Below, in pieces: positions 33,359-48,392 of a stretch of 64,000 nucleotides of DNA. Within the stretch, counting starts at the first letter, position 1. Each line of letters starts with the position of its first letter. Made by a program: the position numbers and the translations under genes. This DNA comes from Eledone cirrhosa (lineage: Eukaryota): positions 1 through 64,000 of the forward strand of contig CAXHJY010000456.1 of the NCBI GenBank assembly GCA_964016885.1, written 5' to 3'. A model generated the notes under the pieces. It worked only from the letters and a program-made list of their open reading frames with translations. It did not search any database and was not told the origin of the DNA.

Positions 33359-33946
33359 TGGTGGCTGCCAACTCGTTTTCGAGTACGGCCACTACTTTAC
33401 ATCCATGTAGCATAACCCCTACCGAAGCGCTAAACGAGTGTGACTTTTTAGTCCAGCCAGCGACTTGAAATCTCTGGTACAAACACTACACCTGTGACAA
33501 TCATTGACACATAGTGCTGGGCCCATGGTAGGACAATTATTGACACATAGTGCTTGGCCCATGTGAGGACAAGTGCAGAGAGATCTCCAGATATAAAGCA
33601 ATGCCTGTGCCGTGAAGCTTTTATAGTGAGCAAAGGCACTGCACAAAGCCAGTCCCACTCTCTTAACCAAGATGATATTTACCAAAAAGAAGAACAAGTC
33701 AACATCATTGGATACCATCAGGGTTGCAGGTGTTATATCAGAGTTTTCCTTCTCCTAGAATTCTGCCTTGACAAAGGCTAAGGGGTCATCTCTCCCGGTG
33801 ATTTTGGATGGCCATTGACTCTTAAGAGCTCCTTTGCCCTTTGACAGGTTTTGTTTTTAGTCCTGCAGGATGTCCAAAGTCACCCTCCTCACCAAGAAAC
33901 CTTGGTGGGGTTGCCAGTTTAGTCGCCAACGACCCGACCATGAGAC
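33359..33946 (-). mobile_element. Element A copy 5 (5'-truncated, ~36 bp internal duplication)
   Basis: Aligns to copy 1; GACAAT..GCCCATG is duplicated near 33496-33563; frame reads [19 protein letters not shown]. Confidence 0.85.
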
Positions 33947-34484
33947 ATATATGTATATACATATATATACATATACATATATATATATACATATATATAT
34001 ACATATACATATATATACATATATGTATATACATATATATACATATATGTATATACATATATATACATATATGTATATACATATATATACATATACATAT
34101 ATATATATATATACATATATATACATATATATATATACATATATATATATACATATATATATATACATATATATACATATATATATATACATATACATAT
34201 ATATATATATATACATATATATACATATATATATATACATATACATATATACATATATATACATATATATATATACATATACATATATATACATATATAT
34301 ATATACATATACATATATATACATATATATATATACATATATACATATATATACATATATATATATACATATACATATATATACATATATATATATACAT
34401 ATACATATATATACATATATATATATACATATATATACATATATATATATACATATATACATATATATACATACATATATATAC

Positions 34485-34531
<47 letters not shown>

Positions 34532-34552
34532 CATACATATATATACATATAC

Positions 34553-34583
<31 letters not shown>

Positions 34584-35002
34584 CATATATATACATATAT
34601 ATACATATATATACATATATATATATACATATATATACATACATATATATACATATATATACATACATATATATACATATATATACATACATATACATAC
34701 ATATATATACATATATATACATACATATATATACATATATATACATACATATATATACATATATATACATACATATATATACATATATATACATACATAT
34801 ACATATATATACATACATATATATACATATATATACATATATATACATACATATATATACATATATATACATATATATATATACATATATATACATATAC
34901 ATATATATATATACATATATATACATATATATACATACATATACATACATATATATACATATACATATATATATATACATATATATACATACATATACAT
35001 AC

Positions 35003-35043
<41 letters not shown>

Positions 35044-35054
35044 CATATATATAC

Positions 35055-35087
<33 letters not shown>

Positions 35088-35098
35088 CATACATATAT

Positions 35099-36568
35099 AT
35101 CATCATCATCATCAACGTTTAACGTCCGTGTTCCACGCTTGCATGGGTTTGGACGGGGGTAGTCCCACTTGAGGCAAGAGTGATTGTCTTGCTCGTATAG
35201 GACTGTCTGGCAGGTTTTCTACAGTTGGATGCCCTTCCTAACACCAACCACATTTACAGTGTGGGTCTGGGAGGTTTTTACCGTGTTGCCTACACGGCCA
35301 CATTACAGCGTGGACTGTGTTTTTTTGTCGTGACACCTACACGATCTCATTTGTTTCGGCCTCGATGGCGCGGCACCAACATAACTTTACATAGAACGGG
35401 GTGGTGTGGATGGGGTGGGGGTGGTGACGGTGGGACGGGGTGTATTTTGTTAGAGATGCCTACTGGCTGGAGTAGGTTATACTATATATTTAGGTAAGGC
35501 GGGTCTTCTCTGTTACTGAGTACCGCCAAAGGTCTCGGTCCAGTGACATTGTCTTGGAGAGGTGTAAGTGTGTGATGTCGGAGTTTATCAGCTCGTCCCA
35601 GGTTTTTCTAGGTCTGCCTATTCCGTGACTACCGTCTATCTTTATTGCCCTGTACTTTGTTATACAGCTATCGACTTTCATGCGCATCACGTGTCCATAC
35701 CAACGTAGCCTTCTCTCGAGTAAACAACATCTGATCCCTCTTATCTCTAATTTTTTCCTTAGTTCGTTTATGCTTTGCCGTTCACGTATATTACTGTTAC
35801 ACATCCAGCGGAGCATGCAAGCTTCGTTCCTCTCTAGTCTGCGTATATCCTCTGCACACAATGCCCAGGTCTCACTGCCATGCAGCATTGCTGTTCGTAT
35901 GCAGGCATCGTACAACCTGCCTTTCATTTTTAGGGAGAACCCTTTAGCAGCTAATAGTGGTATAAGCTCTCTGAACTTTTTCCAACCAGTTCTGACTCTA
36001 GCTACAGTACTTTCAGAGCACCCTCCCCCACTGCTGATTTTATCGCCCAGGTAACGGAAGCTGTCCACTATTTCTATAGAACCCTCTGCGCAATTGAAAG
36101 AGCTAGTATTTTGTGGGCACTTGCTGCTACTTATTGCACCAGAACACCGGCCACATGTAAAATCTATGTTCTTAGTTAGCTTACCTGTGATCCCACTACA
36201 TCTTTTATGCACCCATACTTTGCATTTAGGACATAAAATGGAGTTTCTATCTACGCCTTTCCTACACACCGAGCACGACCATTTCCCAGAAGGGATCGCC
36301 GCCTTGTTTTCGTTCCTACAAACTAGAACTTTGGTCTTAGCCAGGTTAATTTTAAGTCCTTTTGACTCTAGGCCGTGCTTCCATGTTTGGAATTTCTTCT
36401 CTAGTTCGGCCATTGATTCCGCTATGAGTGTCAGGTCGTCTGCGTATAGGAGTTCCCATGGGCAGCCTGTCTTGAACTCCTCTGTTATAGCCTGAAGGGC
36501 AATAATAAATAGTAGGGGGCTGAGAACAGAGCCCTGATGGACGCCAACTTTTACGCTAAACTCTTCAC
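35099..36568 (-). mobile_element. 5'-truncated RTE LINE, same subfamily as 25709-27265
   Basis: The RT part of ORF 35490-37046 differs from the + copy by only a few residues. Confidence 0.95.
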
Positions 36569-36950
36569 ATACATATATATATACATATACATACATATAC
36601 ATATATATACATACATATACATATATACATATACATATATATATACATACATATATACATACATATACATATATACATATATATATACATATATATATAC
36701 ATACATATATATATACATACATATATATATGCATACATATATATATGCATACATATATATATGCATACATATATATATGCATACATATATATATGCATAC
36801 ATATATATATGCATACATATACACATACATATACATATATATGCATACATATATATATACATACATACATATATATATACATACATATATATATACATAC
36901 ATATACATACATATACATATACATACATATACATATACATATACATACAT

Positions 36951-36983
<33 letters not shown>

Positions 36984-36996
36984 CACATATACTTCC

Positions 36997-37037
<41 letters not shown>

Positions 37038-38428
37038 TACACACATACATTGGTAATGTCATTCCATGTTTATCAATAACTGCTACTCAACATGCCCACC
37101 CATTACGTTAGTTACACAATCTGCTGTCCACAAAGTGAATTCAACCTTGATGTAATCACACCACCACTCATAACAGTAAGGTGGACAGCTGAAAACACAG
37201 GTCTTTAGCTAATATCTGCTTTTCACACAGACTTGTGACTGGTTGACAATATCTGCCTGAGATGTCTGTAATCTCTATACATTGACAGCATTCTATAGAT
37301 TCACCATTGCAGCTGTAAATGATATTGGTGTTACGACTAGCCATATAATCCATGCTGAAATGAAACATCTGAACATGACATGTTCATCTGTCTTGTCTAA
37401 TCTCAAAATGTTACATACAATTCATGCCACCATGGAAAACGGGCATAAAATCATGATATACAAACATTTTTTGAAGAACCCTAACTTAATTATAATCTAA
37501 GCAAATTCAGAAAATATTTCAAATAAAAGAAAATCCAAAGGAAGTTAAATTTTATTGAGAATATCAACAAGTGACTTCAGAAAACTTATGACGATGATGA
37601 TGTCTTAAGCTAAAATATATTGACCAAGGTTATTACTTATATAGCAAACATCACAGAAATACAGTCAATATCTATTACATTATAAAAAGAGCTAAACACA
37701 GCATCAACTCCAATAATGTTGCTGCATTTTACAATTTTCAAAAGTAGGTACGAAAAGATCAATGAAGTTACTTCTAATTGATACTCATCCATGTTTCAAC
37801 ACAGAACACTAGAAAACAAGATAAAACTATCTAACCTCAATGGTCATCACACAGATATTATAAGTTGATTTATTCATTCGCATCTAAGATAGCATTTCAG
37901 TGAAGTGAATGGTCACTAAGCCTAAAGAAACATAGCAAACACTATCTTTGCTGAACCATAGTCACTATGTTGTAAGAAAATTAATAAATCAATTCATATA
38001 TTTACTCTAATATAAATATTAAGTTCCTCCTTTGTGTACTACTACGATAGAAAAGTGGACATAAAACAATGATATGTATATGTGTGTATATTGTTGGCAC
38101 ACATAATCAGAGTATAATTTCTTGCCTATATATATTTGGCAACTTGCTATGTGAATATGTTTTTGCTGAGAAGCTCTAATAAGATTTGAAACACATCAGC
38201 TTTCAGATCAGATCCACTCCTACTGCATCATCTAAAATTGTTCCAAAAGAATTGAATTAACTCAGGCTATAGGAGATACCTCCCTTATTCCTTCTCATAA
38301 TTCAAACATCCTTAAATAGAATCTGTCATGAAATTTCAATGATAGTCTTGATTAGCTCAGCATTCTTGAAAACTTCAAAACAGCACTATGACTGCACCAT
38401 ATTAATAAATAAGTCTTCAGTTTACTAC

Positions 38429-38512
<84 letters not shown>

Positions 38513-38516
38513 AATC

Positions 38517-38738
38517 TGAGTTTTTCAAATAATAACATTCGATTCATTTGCAATTATGCAAACAAGCCTCAATTTTATAGCCATGTCAGTAGAATGAACT
38601 CTTCATTCTTGTTGGCATGTTCATGCCAACACAAGAGCAAGAATGAAGGGTTCATTCTACTGACATGGCTATAAAATTGAGGCTTGTTTGCATAATTGCA
38701 AACGAATCGAATGTTATTATTAATATTTGAAAAACTCA
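38517..38738. repeat. Foldback inverted repeat, ~95 bp arms
   Basis: 38517-38611 is the near-perfect reverse complement of 38638-38738. Confidence 0.9.
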
Positions 38739-39476
38739 TTACATTTATTGTATTTAGCCATGTAGAGCGAACATTTTCTTTATATATATATATATATATA
38801 AACACCATTCTGCATCTATTTTCCATGCTTGCATGGGTTGGACAGATTATTCTATGATCATCATCACCATTTACTTTCCACTAAGGCTGAATACTCTTCT
38901 ACACATACATTCACAATTACAAAGGACTAAATGCTGCCCAGCTGTAGAAATATCAAAACAGGAACATACAAGTGAGATTTGGTCCTCTGACCCATTCGGT
39001 ATGACTTGGACCATGACAGCACAGAAAGTGGGCAGACACAAATGATAATATACTTATAAACACGTCATTTTATACCAGCCTGGAAAAATGGACATTATCA
39101 TTTTTACATGTTTCTTCATACTATCATGAGTTGCACAGATCTTCTCCAGCACAATATTCCTCCATTTGTCTATTATTCTCAGATTGGCTTTCACTAATTT
39201 TGTCCAAGTCGACCTAGCTCTACCACATCTTCCTTCAACACACACTATATAAACGTTGATTGCCAAATGAATTAACTATGGAGATATAAAAGATACAGAA
39301 GCGAAAACCAACCAAACTGAGTGTGTTCTGTTGTTATTTCTGGCAATATTATTACAATATAACCCTGCCCAAGTATAACAATATATATATATATATATAA
39401 CGAAGGAAAAGTGGTAAGGAACCAGGTGGACCATAACGCACCAAAGTACTCAATACTTAGGGTAGTAGAGTGGGTA

Positions 39477-39568
39477 ATAGGAACAAGTAAGACCCCGACG
39501 GCTGAGCTCAAGCCGTTTCGACTAGCCGTCGAAACGGCTTGAGCTCAGCCGTCGGGGTCTTACTTGTT

Positions 39569-39573
<5 letters not shown>
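39477..39573. repeat. Perfect 46-bp inverted repeat with 5-nt spacer, carrying the 3' half of a hammerhead motif
   Basis: Arms 39477-39522 and 39528-39573; GAAAC-GGCT..AGCC-GTC. Confidence 0.9.
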
Positions 39574-39607
<34 letters not shown>

Positions 39608-41368
39608 CATGCATAGAATGGAAATGAGCCAACTTCAGTCAACCCTATGGCTAAGATATATAGATGACACCTTCACAGCCTGGCCCCATTAGAAAGAAGT
39701 GTAACTACTGCTGGACGTTGTCAACTCAGTCCTCTATAAAATATGACAAACGCGTCTTCATGGATGAGCTAATAATTCTGTGGGTGGATTACTTCCTCTT
39801 CACTCACTTCTTCCTGAGAGGGTCATGGGGGCAGAGTCCTCAAACACTCTCTCCAATAGGTCCTGTCAGAAGCAATTGTCTCCAATTGATCCAGCTGGAT
39901 CCCCAAGCAAGACCAGCCGAGCTCATGGCTTCCCGATATCTATATATTGTAAGCCCAAATTTACCTAACAAGACTTGAATTTTGATTCAGACAATACATG
40001 AAAAAAGGGTACATTCATGGCTGACAACATGAAACAAAACTCATAAGTGGTGTGAACTAGATTTATACAAACAAGAGATGAGGAGGATTAGCAAGACTCT
40101 TCAGAACAATAATTATGCTACAAGTATAGATAGCATCAACTCCCAATAATAGAAAGATATATAATGGATGAGAATGCCTAAAAGCTACCATGTTCTGTCA
40201 AGACGGTATTCAAAAAAAAATCTACCCTTCAAAAACATCTCTCAAACAAAACCGCCATCGGAAAGGGACTGTGTGTTTCCCATTCCATGACTTATGACCT
40301 CCATCAGAAAGGGACTGTTTCCCATTCCATACACTTATGGCGGTTTATAAAAGTGAAGTAGTCACCCTCCAAAAAGCATTATCAGTTATGGTTGATCATT
40401 TGTGGAGGGAAAAGGTGGGGGATAGACAGCATCCTGTGTGGAACAAAATCAAGACAATAGAGAACACTAAAAGAATGAGGACACATGCCAAGATAACCTC
40501 CTCAGCAGGTTAGCATAGATATAAACACCATATGGAAGGCTTTAAAAAGTTTGTTTAGAGCTAATTTTCATCAAGTAATTAATTTTCCGAACAGCAGCAT
40601 TGATTAGGTGTTAAGTGTTCCTATTTTGTTGGTCATAAATTCAACCCATGAAAACCAGTATTTTAGGATCCCCTCCCCACCACTAGAGTAAAGGTTAACC
40701 TTTTGGCTTTATGGCATTTCCTCTTCCTTCTTTTGCCATGGTATTCTTTGTCATCTTCCTCTAATTCCTTCAGCATTCATTCCCGTCACTACTCTCACCC
40801 TTCCTCAACACATGACCAATTCATCACATTCCATTTCTCTTTACAACAATCATAACTGGATTTATTCCCACCATCATCTATAATTTGTTGTCTTCCTCAG
40901 CAATATTCCACTTATCCACCAAACCACTCCCATTCCCAATTTTACAGGCCTTTTTTTTTTTTTTTGCTACTCCCATGATCAACCCCCATAAATACACCTT
41001 GCCCTTTAGCATGTCACTCAGTTCTCTGAAATTTTTCCATGTGCATCTCATTCAAGTAGAATCACAAGTTCAAGAATATCCCTGGTTTGGACAACAATCT
41101 TTGATCCAAATTAAATAAATAGTTTGATTCAAAATTCCAAAATCTTTAGTAGACACACCAGAAGGCAGGAGGGCACAGCAGCTGAAATGTGCTAAGTCCA
41201 AATATACCAGTGTATATTAACAAAGGTAATTTCATATCTCAAAAATTCAAACAAAAATATACTCACACACATTTGTGTGTGTGTATACATATACATGTTC
41301 ATCCATTGATGACTGATGAAAACCATTGCTTTGACTACACACATTTATTTTTATATATATATATATAT

Positions 41369-41620
41369 ATCATCATTTCACATCCGCTTTTCCCTGCTTG
41401 CAAGGGTGGGAACTGATTCTGGCTTGATTTCTACAGCTGGATGCTCTTCCTAACACCAACCTCATTTACAGTGCGTGCTGGGTGCTATTTTGCCGTGGCA
41501 CCTCTACGACCACTTTGCAGTGGAATGATAGGGACCCCAGTCCCTATCATCTCATTTCTACAGCTGAGTAAACTGGAGCAATGTGAAATAAAGTGTCTTG
41601 CTCAAGGAAACAACACATCA
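41369..41620 (-). mobile_element. SINE family B lacking its head
   Basis: Reverse complement of ~8575-8840. Confidence 0.88.
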
Positions 41621-43718
41621 ATGGCCTAATGGTTAGGGTTTTAGACTCACAATTGTTATGTTATACATTCAATTCCCAGAGCAGTTGACACTGTGCTCTT
41701 TAAGATACTTCATTTCAAGTTTTTCATGGTAGAACTGGGTCCCCTAACATTAAAATACTTCTGTGAGATGCAACATAAAAGACCAGCTACACCTGCAGTT
41801 GCCAGTTGTAAATGTCATTGTATGTGTGTGTATAACCACATACATATGTACATCATTTTTACACTGGGTTATGCTGGTATGGGTCATTAAAGTTCAAAGC
41901 AGTTCCTATTCAGAAGTATTGTTCTCTATTTCTGGCATAGTTTCTATGGCTGTATGCCTTTACTAACAGCAGCCACTTTACAGAAGGCACTATATGCATT
42001 TTATCATGGCACTAAAACTAATGAAGTTGCTGTGTATCTAGCAAGACGAGGCATATTTACTACTCAGTCTATTGTCTTTTCATTCAAGGTAATAATGACC
42101 AAGAAGGTGAAGGTAACCAGATTGCAATGAGAGCAATAGATTGATTGTACTGAAAGAGTGGCAGTAAAAGAGGCTAATGAAAATATATATTTGTATTTAA
42201 CACACACAGATATATACATATTAGAAAGAGCTCTTGCCATTTCAAGAGCTAATTCCAGTATTATATCAGCTGTTGAAACGGCAAGAGCTCAGCCATTGGG
42301 TCCTGATACTTTCTAATATAGTCATACTCTACTATCCCGAGTATCAAGTACTGCTGAATAATGGTCTTACTAGTTTATTCCTGATAAGTATATAAGTATA
42401 TATATAAACTGGCAAATCAGTCTATCATCCTTCCTGTGGCAATTAAATACTGGTCCTCAGCATTGGACTAGCAGAACAATCAGAGCACTGGATGGATGCT
42501 TTACATTTGTTCAATATCACTGCAGCCCATTTTACTGCTAGACTTAATCCATCACCCAGTTTAACACTACCTCCTGGCTCTTGGGTGTTTTTGGCAAAAA
42601 TCACTGTTGTAAACAAATGGATCAGATCTGTTCTGAAGGTACCTTCCTCTCACCAGTCACAAATCACTTGATAGTGTCATGGAGACTGACCTTCAAAAGC
42701 AATAAAATGTGTATACACATATATATACAGCTCTATTAGGAAGGGCATCTTGCCATAGGGATCAAGGCAAAATGGAGCACATGAGCAAGATGCAATCATC
42801 ATCAAACCTGTCTAGGCATCCCACCCATGCCAGCATGGTAAACAAGTAAAAATGATGAAGCTGATGATCTATGAATATATATCTCCATATATATAACAAT
42901 GCATAGTTTATGACATTAATGGTCACAGATGTAATATCTGGTGTAAATTGTAAATGCACATGTGTGTGTGTATAAGTATGTAATTTAACATGTCAGTAAT
43001 ATAAGAGATGTATTTATATATACACACACACAAGTATATCATCATAAGGGAAAAATGGACACTAACCAATGATCTATATAAACATGTGCATATACACACA
43101 CATATATACATACACACATGCCAATATTTATACACATACATATGTCCACACTTGCATAGGTTGGACGGGCCCTTCTCAGCACAGTATCTCTACTTCATCT
43201 ATCAGTTTCTATATATGTATAAACATACACGTACATATACCTATATACATATATATACGTATTTGTTACAACTATTCCTTCCTTCTAGTTCCCTATAGCT
43301 CACTCCTCTCACCCAAATTCTAGCTTCCTTCATAACACTGTGACGGACTACACAACCCACCATATATAAATACCTATATATTATATATTTATATGTGTGT
43401 GCGCACAGGTATGTATATACATACACATGTCTATCAGTGTTGTGATGCATCACTCTAATGAAGAAACACAGGTGTAAGCAGGATTAAGCTTGTTGTTTGT
43501 ATAAGGTAGCATTAGTATATTAATGAATATTAAGACAGGGTTCTATTCTTCATATCTCAATAAATCTCATCTAAATAAATATATATATCATCAAGTTATA
43601 TATATACACACACATATATATATATATCTTGCAATACATGAGTTGAAAAACTCATGTATTGCAAGATTATCCAGGCTATTAGTAAACAAGAATCCCCTCC
43701 AGGGAGTGTTTAAAATGT

Positions 43719-43756
<38 letters not shown>

Positions 43757-43867
43757 CCATATTAATACACATAAAAATACATTGATCTTTTCATATTTAG
43801 TATCATAAAAATTAATAATCCTCTTTCTCAATTCGAAGTGGTGTCTGGGACACATCTATCTATACAC

Positions 43868-43907
<40 letters not shown>

Positions 43908-43996
43908 ACATGCAAACACGTATATATACATAGCTGTTAGAAGTGGAATTAACTGCTATTAATACCACCACCACCACCACCACCTTCATTGATTTT

Positions 43997-44070
43997 CTTA
44001 CCATGCTGCACAGCAACAGTCAGCAGAGGGAGAGCCAGGTGATTAAGCCTTCAAATCACAACTGCTAATA
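43997..44070 (-). other. Candidate host exon 3' end finishing in ATG, followed by a splice donor
   Basis: Minus strand reads GCAGC-ATG|GTAAGA (ATG 44004-44002) in non-repetitive sequence; upstream boundary not determined. Confidence 0.4.
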
Positions 44071-44466
44071 GTAGTAGTAATATATAGTGTTACTACTATT
44101 TGCAGCAGTAGTACTACTACTACTACTAATAGTAGTAATATTAGTGACTCTCTCCTCACCAATTTACTACTACTGCTAAGTGAGGCATGCACTATTGAAC
44201 AGTAGTAGATTACAGTGTTCCATGTCGTGGACGGGGGGAGGGTTGACTTAAAGATAAAGAATGGAGTATGCTGATGGCATGAGTAAACTACAATATAGTG
44301 GAGCCATTTTGCAAACATTCCTGTCAATCTTACAATATTAAACGGTTTTCTTCTTTTCTTTCTCTCCATTAATCCACAATAATGCCCTCATTGAGAATTG
44401 CCGCTATCATTAAAATAATTGATTGCTCACCCCTAGTATCAACATCTGTTCGATATCACCCCTACC

Positions 44467-44497
<31 letters not shown>

Positions 44498-44715
44498 CTC
44501 TTTATATCTGTTCCAGCCATCTGGCTGAGGCCATTATATATATATACATAAACTGTTACTATTCTAAAAAACCAAGAGTTGATTTGAAACCGGGAGATGC
44601 CAGTAGTTCAGTTTATGTAAAGACAGTAGCAAATACAGCAGTAGAATAATAGCAGAACCAATGTTCTATATAGTCAGTCAGACAGACAGACAGCCACAAT
44701 TGCTATGGTAGTGCT

Positions 44716-44750
<35 letters not shown>

Positions 44751-44890
44751 ATTGCCGTTAGTGTATCAGAAATCCACAGCTAAAAACAGTTGGTGACCTT
44801 CAACAATAATCATCATCATCACAGAATAAAAAGGAAGTGGAAGACGATCGTCAAAGATATTTCAATAAGAACTCATCGTGTATGTGCGCA

Positions 44891-44938
<48 letters not shown>

Positions 44939-44941
44939 CAC

Positions 44942-44993
<52 letters not shown>

Positions 44994-45405
44994 CACATAT
45001 ATATAATATATATAGATACATACACACACACTCGCATATACATGGTAGTATATATGCATACATATACTCTAAAATGGAGGAAACAAGACTTGTCTTGTAA
45101 AAGTCATTCATTTAATAAATGCACACACTTTTATAGATATATTATATATATATATGCCGCATATACTTATGTGCAAGTCGAACTTGTTTTGCACAAAATA
45201 AAAACCTAGGTGCCCCAACATGGCCTCAGTCTGTCGGCTGGAACACGTAAGAGGTAATAGAGTGTGCGAATTATCAACTGGACTTGTTCAAAACCTTATA
45301 TGCATACAATGCTTGTATGTAAAAATGGGGTGCAATTATACACATGTATATCATTCCATACATATATATGCGTAAATACACGTGTGAGTACAAACAATAT
45401 ATGTA

Positions 45406-45563
45406 AGGCTAAAATTCACTGGTATTGAGATGTGACAGCTTGGTCCCCTAAATATCAATTTATCGCCCGTTCCTACCAATATATAAAGCTTAAAATCACC
45501 GGTGCTGAGGCGTGACAGCTTGGTACCCTAAATATCAATTTATCGCCCTTCCCTACTAAAATA
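45406..45563. repeat. Two-copy ~80 bp tandem duplication
   Basis: GTGACAGCTTGGT.CCCTAAATATCAATTTATCGCCC occurs twice. Confidence 0.85.
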
Positions 45564-46396
45564 GGATCATGTAGACATTAGCTCCCAGTAGCAGCAAGTG
45601 ACAACCCGTTTTACTGGAGGGAGACGGTGCCTGGGACGGGGGGAGATAAAGAAGACAAGTGTAAAAAGTCAGTAAAATTCCTAAACACAAACAATATTGA
45701 ATGAAGGAAGCAGGGAGAGACAGACATCAAAGACTATATACAAACACCACCCCACACCATTTTATAGCTCGGGGTGGTATACTGTCTCTGTTAAAGCATT
45801 TTTTTAAACGGGGTCACAGGGAGAGAAAGCTGTTAACGTTAAACTCACTACTACCTATACACACCCACGTGCATGTATGTGTGTATATATATATATATAC
45901 ACACATACAGACTTGCTATTAGAAACTTCTACCAATGTAGCAGTTTGCAACTTGAGTATCTTACTATAGTTATTCATCGATTGAATCCGGGACTCACATA
46001 TTTATACATGTGTATGGATCTCTAAGAAATATATATGTATGTGTGTGTGTGTGTGTGAAGACATATATAAAAATGGAGATTATTCAGTCACTCAATCTGA
46101 CAGGATTCTTGTATATATATTTAAAAAAAAAAAAAAGAAAATGGCCGTGTTCTTAGATTGAACCTTTAAACATCAGTAATAGCTATGCCCTTGGACTGAT
46201 CCAATACCATCACCAATATTAGGGATTGAACCCTCCCCTACTAACATCAGCTAACAGTACCTTAGACTTCCTTAACTGCAGTAGCAATAATAGTAGTAAT
46301 CTTAATATTGCTGTCTCATTACACTTAGTAGTAGTAGTAGTGGTGGTAATAGCGGTGGTTTTTATCAGTAACAATTGCTTATTATTATTATCTAGT

Positions 46397-46495
46397 ATTG
46401 ACTTTGCCTTTCATCCTTACGGGGTCGATAAAATAAAGTACCAGTATTACACTGGGTGATTGCTGGCCTTGTGCCAAAAGTAGAAACAATTATTA
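46397..46495 (+). mobile_element. SINE family C 3' fragment
   Basis: Matches the 3' half of 52690-52880. Confidence 0.8.
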
Positions 46496-46779
46496 TTATC
46501 TAGTATAATATACCACCATTGTCTTAAATGAGTTTGATGATGATGATAAGTTGGAGGAGGTGCCGCCGGATGTCTCCACTTGGAAGGAAAAAGTTCCTTC
46601 CTTCCGTACTTCTCATGGCTGCTCCACCATAAAAGACACTAAGGGGATCAAGTTAAAAGATGTACCCCATTTTTCTTTAGTTGGTTGGTTTGTCTTTTTA
46701 AAAGGTTTAATGTGAGAAGTGTAAGAATTTCAATCGTTCTCCTCCCACACTACAGCGTTGCTTCCATACTCGAATTGCC

Positions 46780-47035
46780 TCGCTTTCACTCACTCCCTCT
46801 CTTCACATACCTTTCTCTCACTCACTCTCTATATTAAGCTTACTTGCCTCTCTCACCACTCACTCCATCTGTCGGCATACCTCCCTCTCACTTACTCCCT
46901 ATATTAACCTCGTTTCTCTTGTCTCTCTCACTTACTCCATCTATTAACCTTGCCTCTCATACTCTCTGTCGATCAACCTGTCTCTTTGACTCCCTCCCTC
47001 TATAATAACATCTCTCACTCACTCCCCCTATCTAC
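46780..47035. repeat. Degenerate pyrimidine-rich minisatellite
   Basis: Recurrent CTCTCTCACTYACTCCMTCT units. Confidence 0.7.
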
Positions 47036-47435
47036 ATCAATGATTTCAATGGAGGAGAGACTACTGGGAAAAAAAGTAGGCGAATTTCTCCATCAAACAC
47101 TCAGGACAGAGAATGAGAAAAAAATGAATATTTGAGCAAATAGCAAACAATATGGATAAATGTATGTTTACAAAGATAAAATGAGCCGTTATATATACAT
47201 ATATGTGTGTATATAAATGCGTGATGGTGTAAATATATGCGTGTAGATATTAGATAGGTCTGAACCGTTCTTACATTCACCAATGGCTGTGAAGTAACAG
47301 TGACGTGCGGTGAGAGAAAACAACAAAATGTCACATTTTCTACTACAGAAATTGGTAAATTAATGTTTCCAACGGGTAGATGGTTCTTTCTTTGAAAGGT
47401 TGGGGATGAGTATGCAAAAAAATAAAAAGTTTGTG

Positions 47436-47605
47436 CTTACCTATTCGACGTGAGGACAGAGACAGACACTAAGACAACGAGACACACACAAAATGGCGGA
47501 CGGCGGCGGTAGCAGCAGCAGCAACACTAGTGGTGGTGGTAGTAGTAGTAGTAGAGGTAGTCGACGTGGTGGCACGGACGACTGGTTTACCCAGAATGCA
47601 ATGTC
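47436..47605 (-). promoter_or_regulatory. Candidate promoter and non-coding first exon of a minus-strand host gene
   Basis: Local CpG enrichment; YY1 motif CAAAATGGCGG (47489-47499); ZNF143/Staf-like TACCCAGAATGCAATG (47588-47603); donor AG|GTAAG at 47441/47440. Confidence 0.55.
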
Positions 47606-48361
47606 ACACCTAGCAACATTCTACACGTGCTACTGCTACTCTATCTCTCTTTTACATGCTCACCGTCTCTCTCTCTCTTTATTTCTATCTATCCATCAAT
47701 CTCTTTCTCTCACGTTTTGTCAGGTTCTAACATTAACACTTACAGGTGACCCTTTTCACAGATCTCACCTATTCCCCCCCCCCCTTCTTTTTTAGTTACC
47801 ATCAGTCTAATTTTTTTCCAGGTTTATACACTCTTAAAAAACTTGTTATAAACCAAATTGGCTTGAAAATAGGTACGTTCTGGTGTGAAAGAAAACGGGC
47901 GCAAAGCACTCATTCCTTTACTGTGAAAAATGGTTAAAAGTAAGCGGGGGTTGGATAGAAAGAGGTTGCATTAAGACCCCCTTTTGAAAGTTTTATTTGA
48001 GCGTTAATCATTTTAATCTTATTTCCTTCTACCTACTTTTCACAATATAATATACGTCAGTAGTTCTGGGATAAGGAAGATAATTAAGAGTACGGGGCGC
48101 TTTCACCTCTGAATAATTATAGTTCAAGGAAATATGTCATCAGGTGGTGATAATATAAGACGTATTACATATGCTTATAAAATATACAGACATAGTCATT
48201 ATATATATAATGTAGTATTTATATAATAAGACTGACCATATTTAAGTAATAAGAGGTTTGTTGGATTATATATGTATATAATAATGTACATATTGCCTCA
48301 GTTTTTAATGTGCTCTAATTATTACCATTATTGCTGTGTATCAATATCATATAAACAAATC

Positions 48362-48392
<31 letters not shown>

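Noticed and set aside
47493-47795. Plus-strand ORF MADGGGSSSS as a first coding exon
   Set aside because: The ATG lies in a YY1 motif, the ORF is low-complexity and no strong + donor follows; a minus-strand first exon fits better, though this is not fully excluded.
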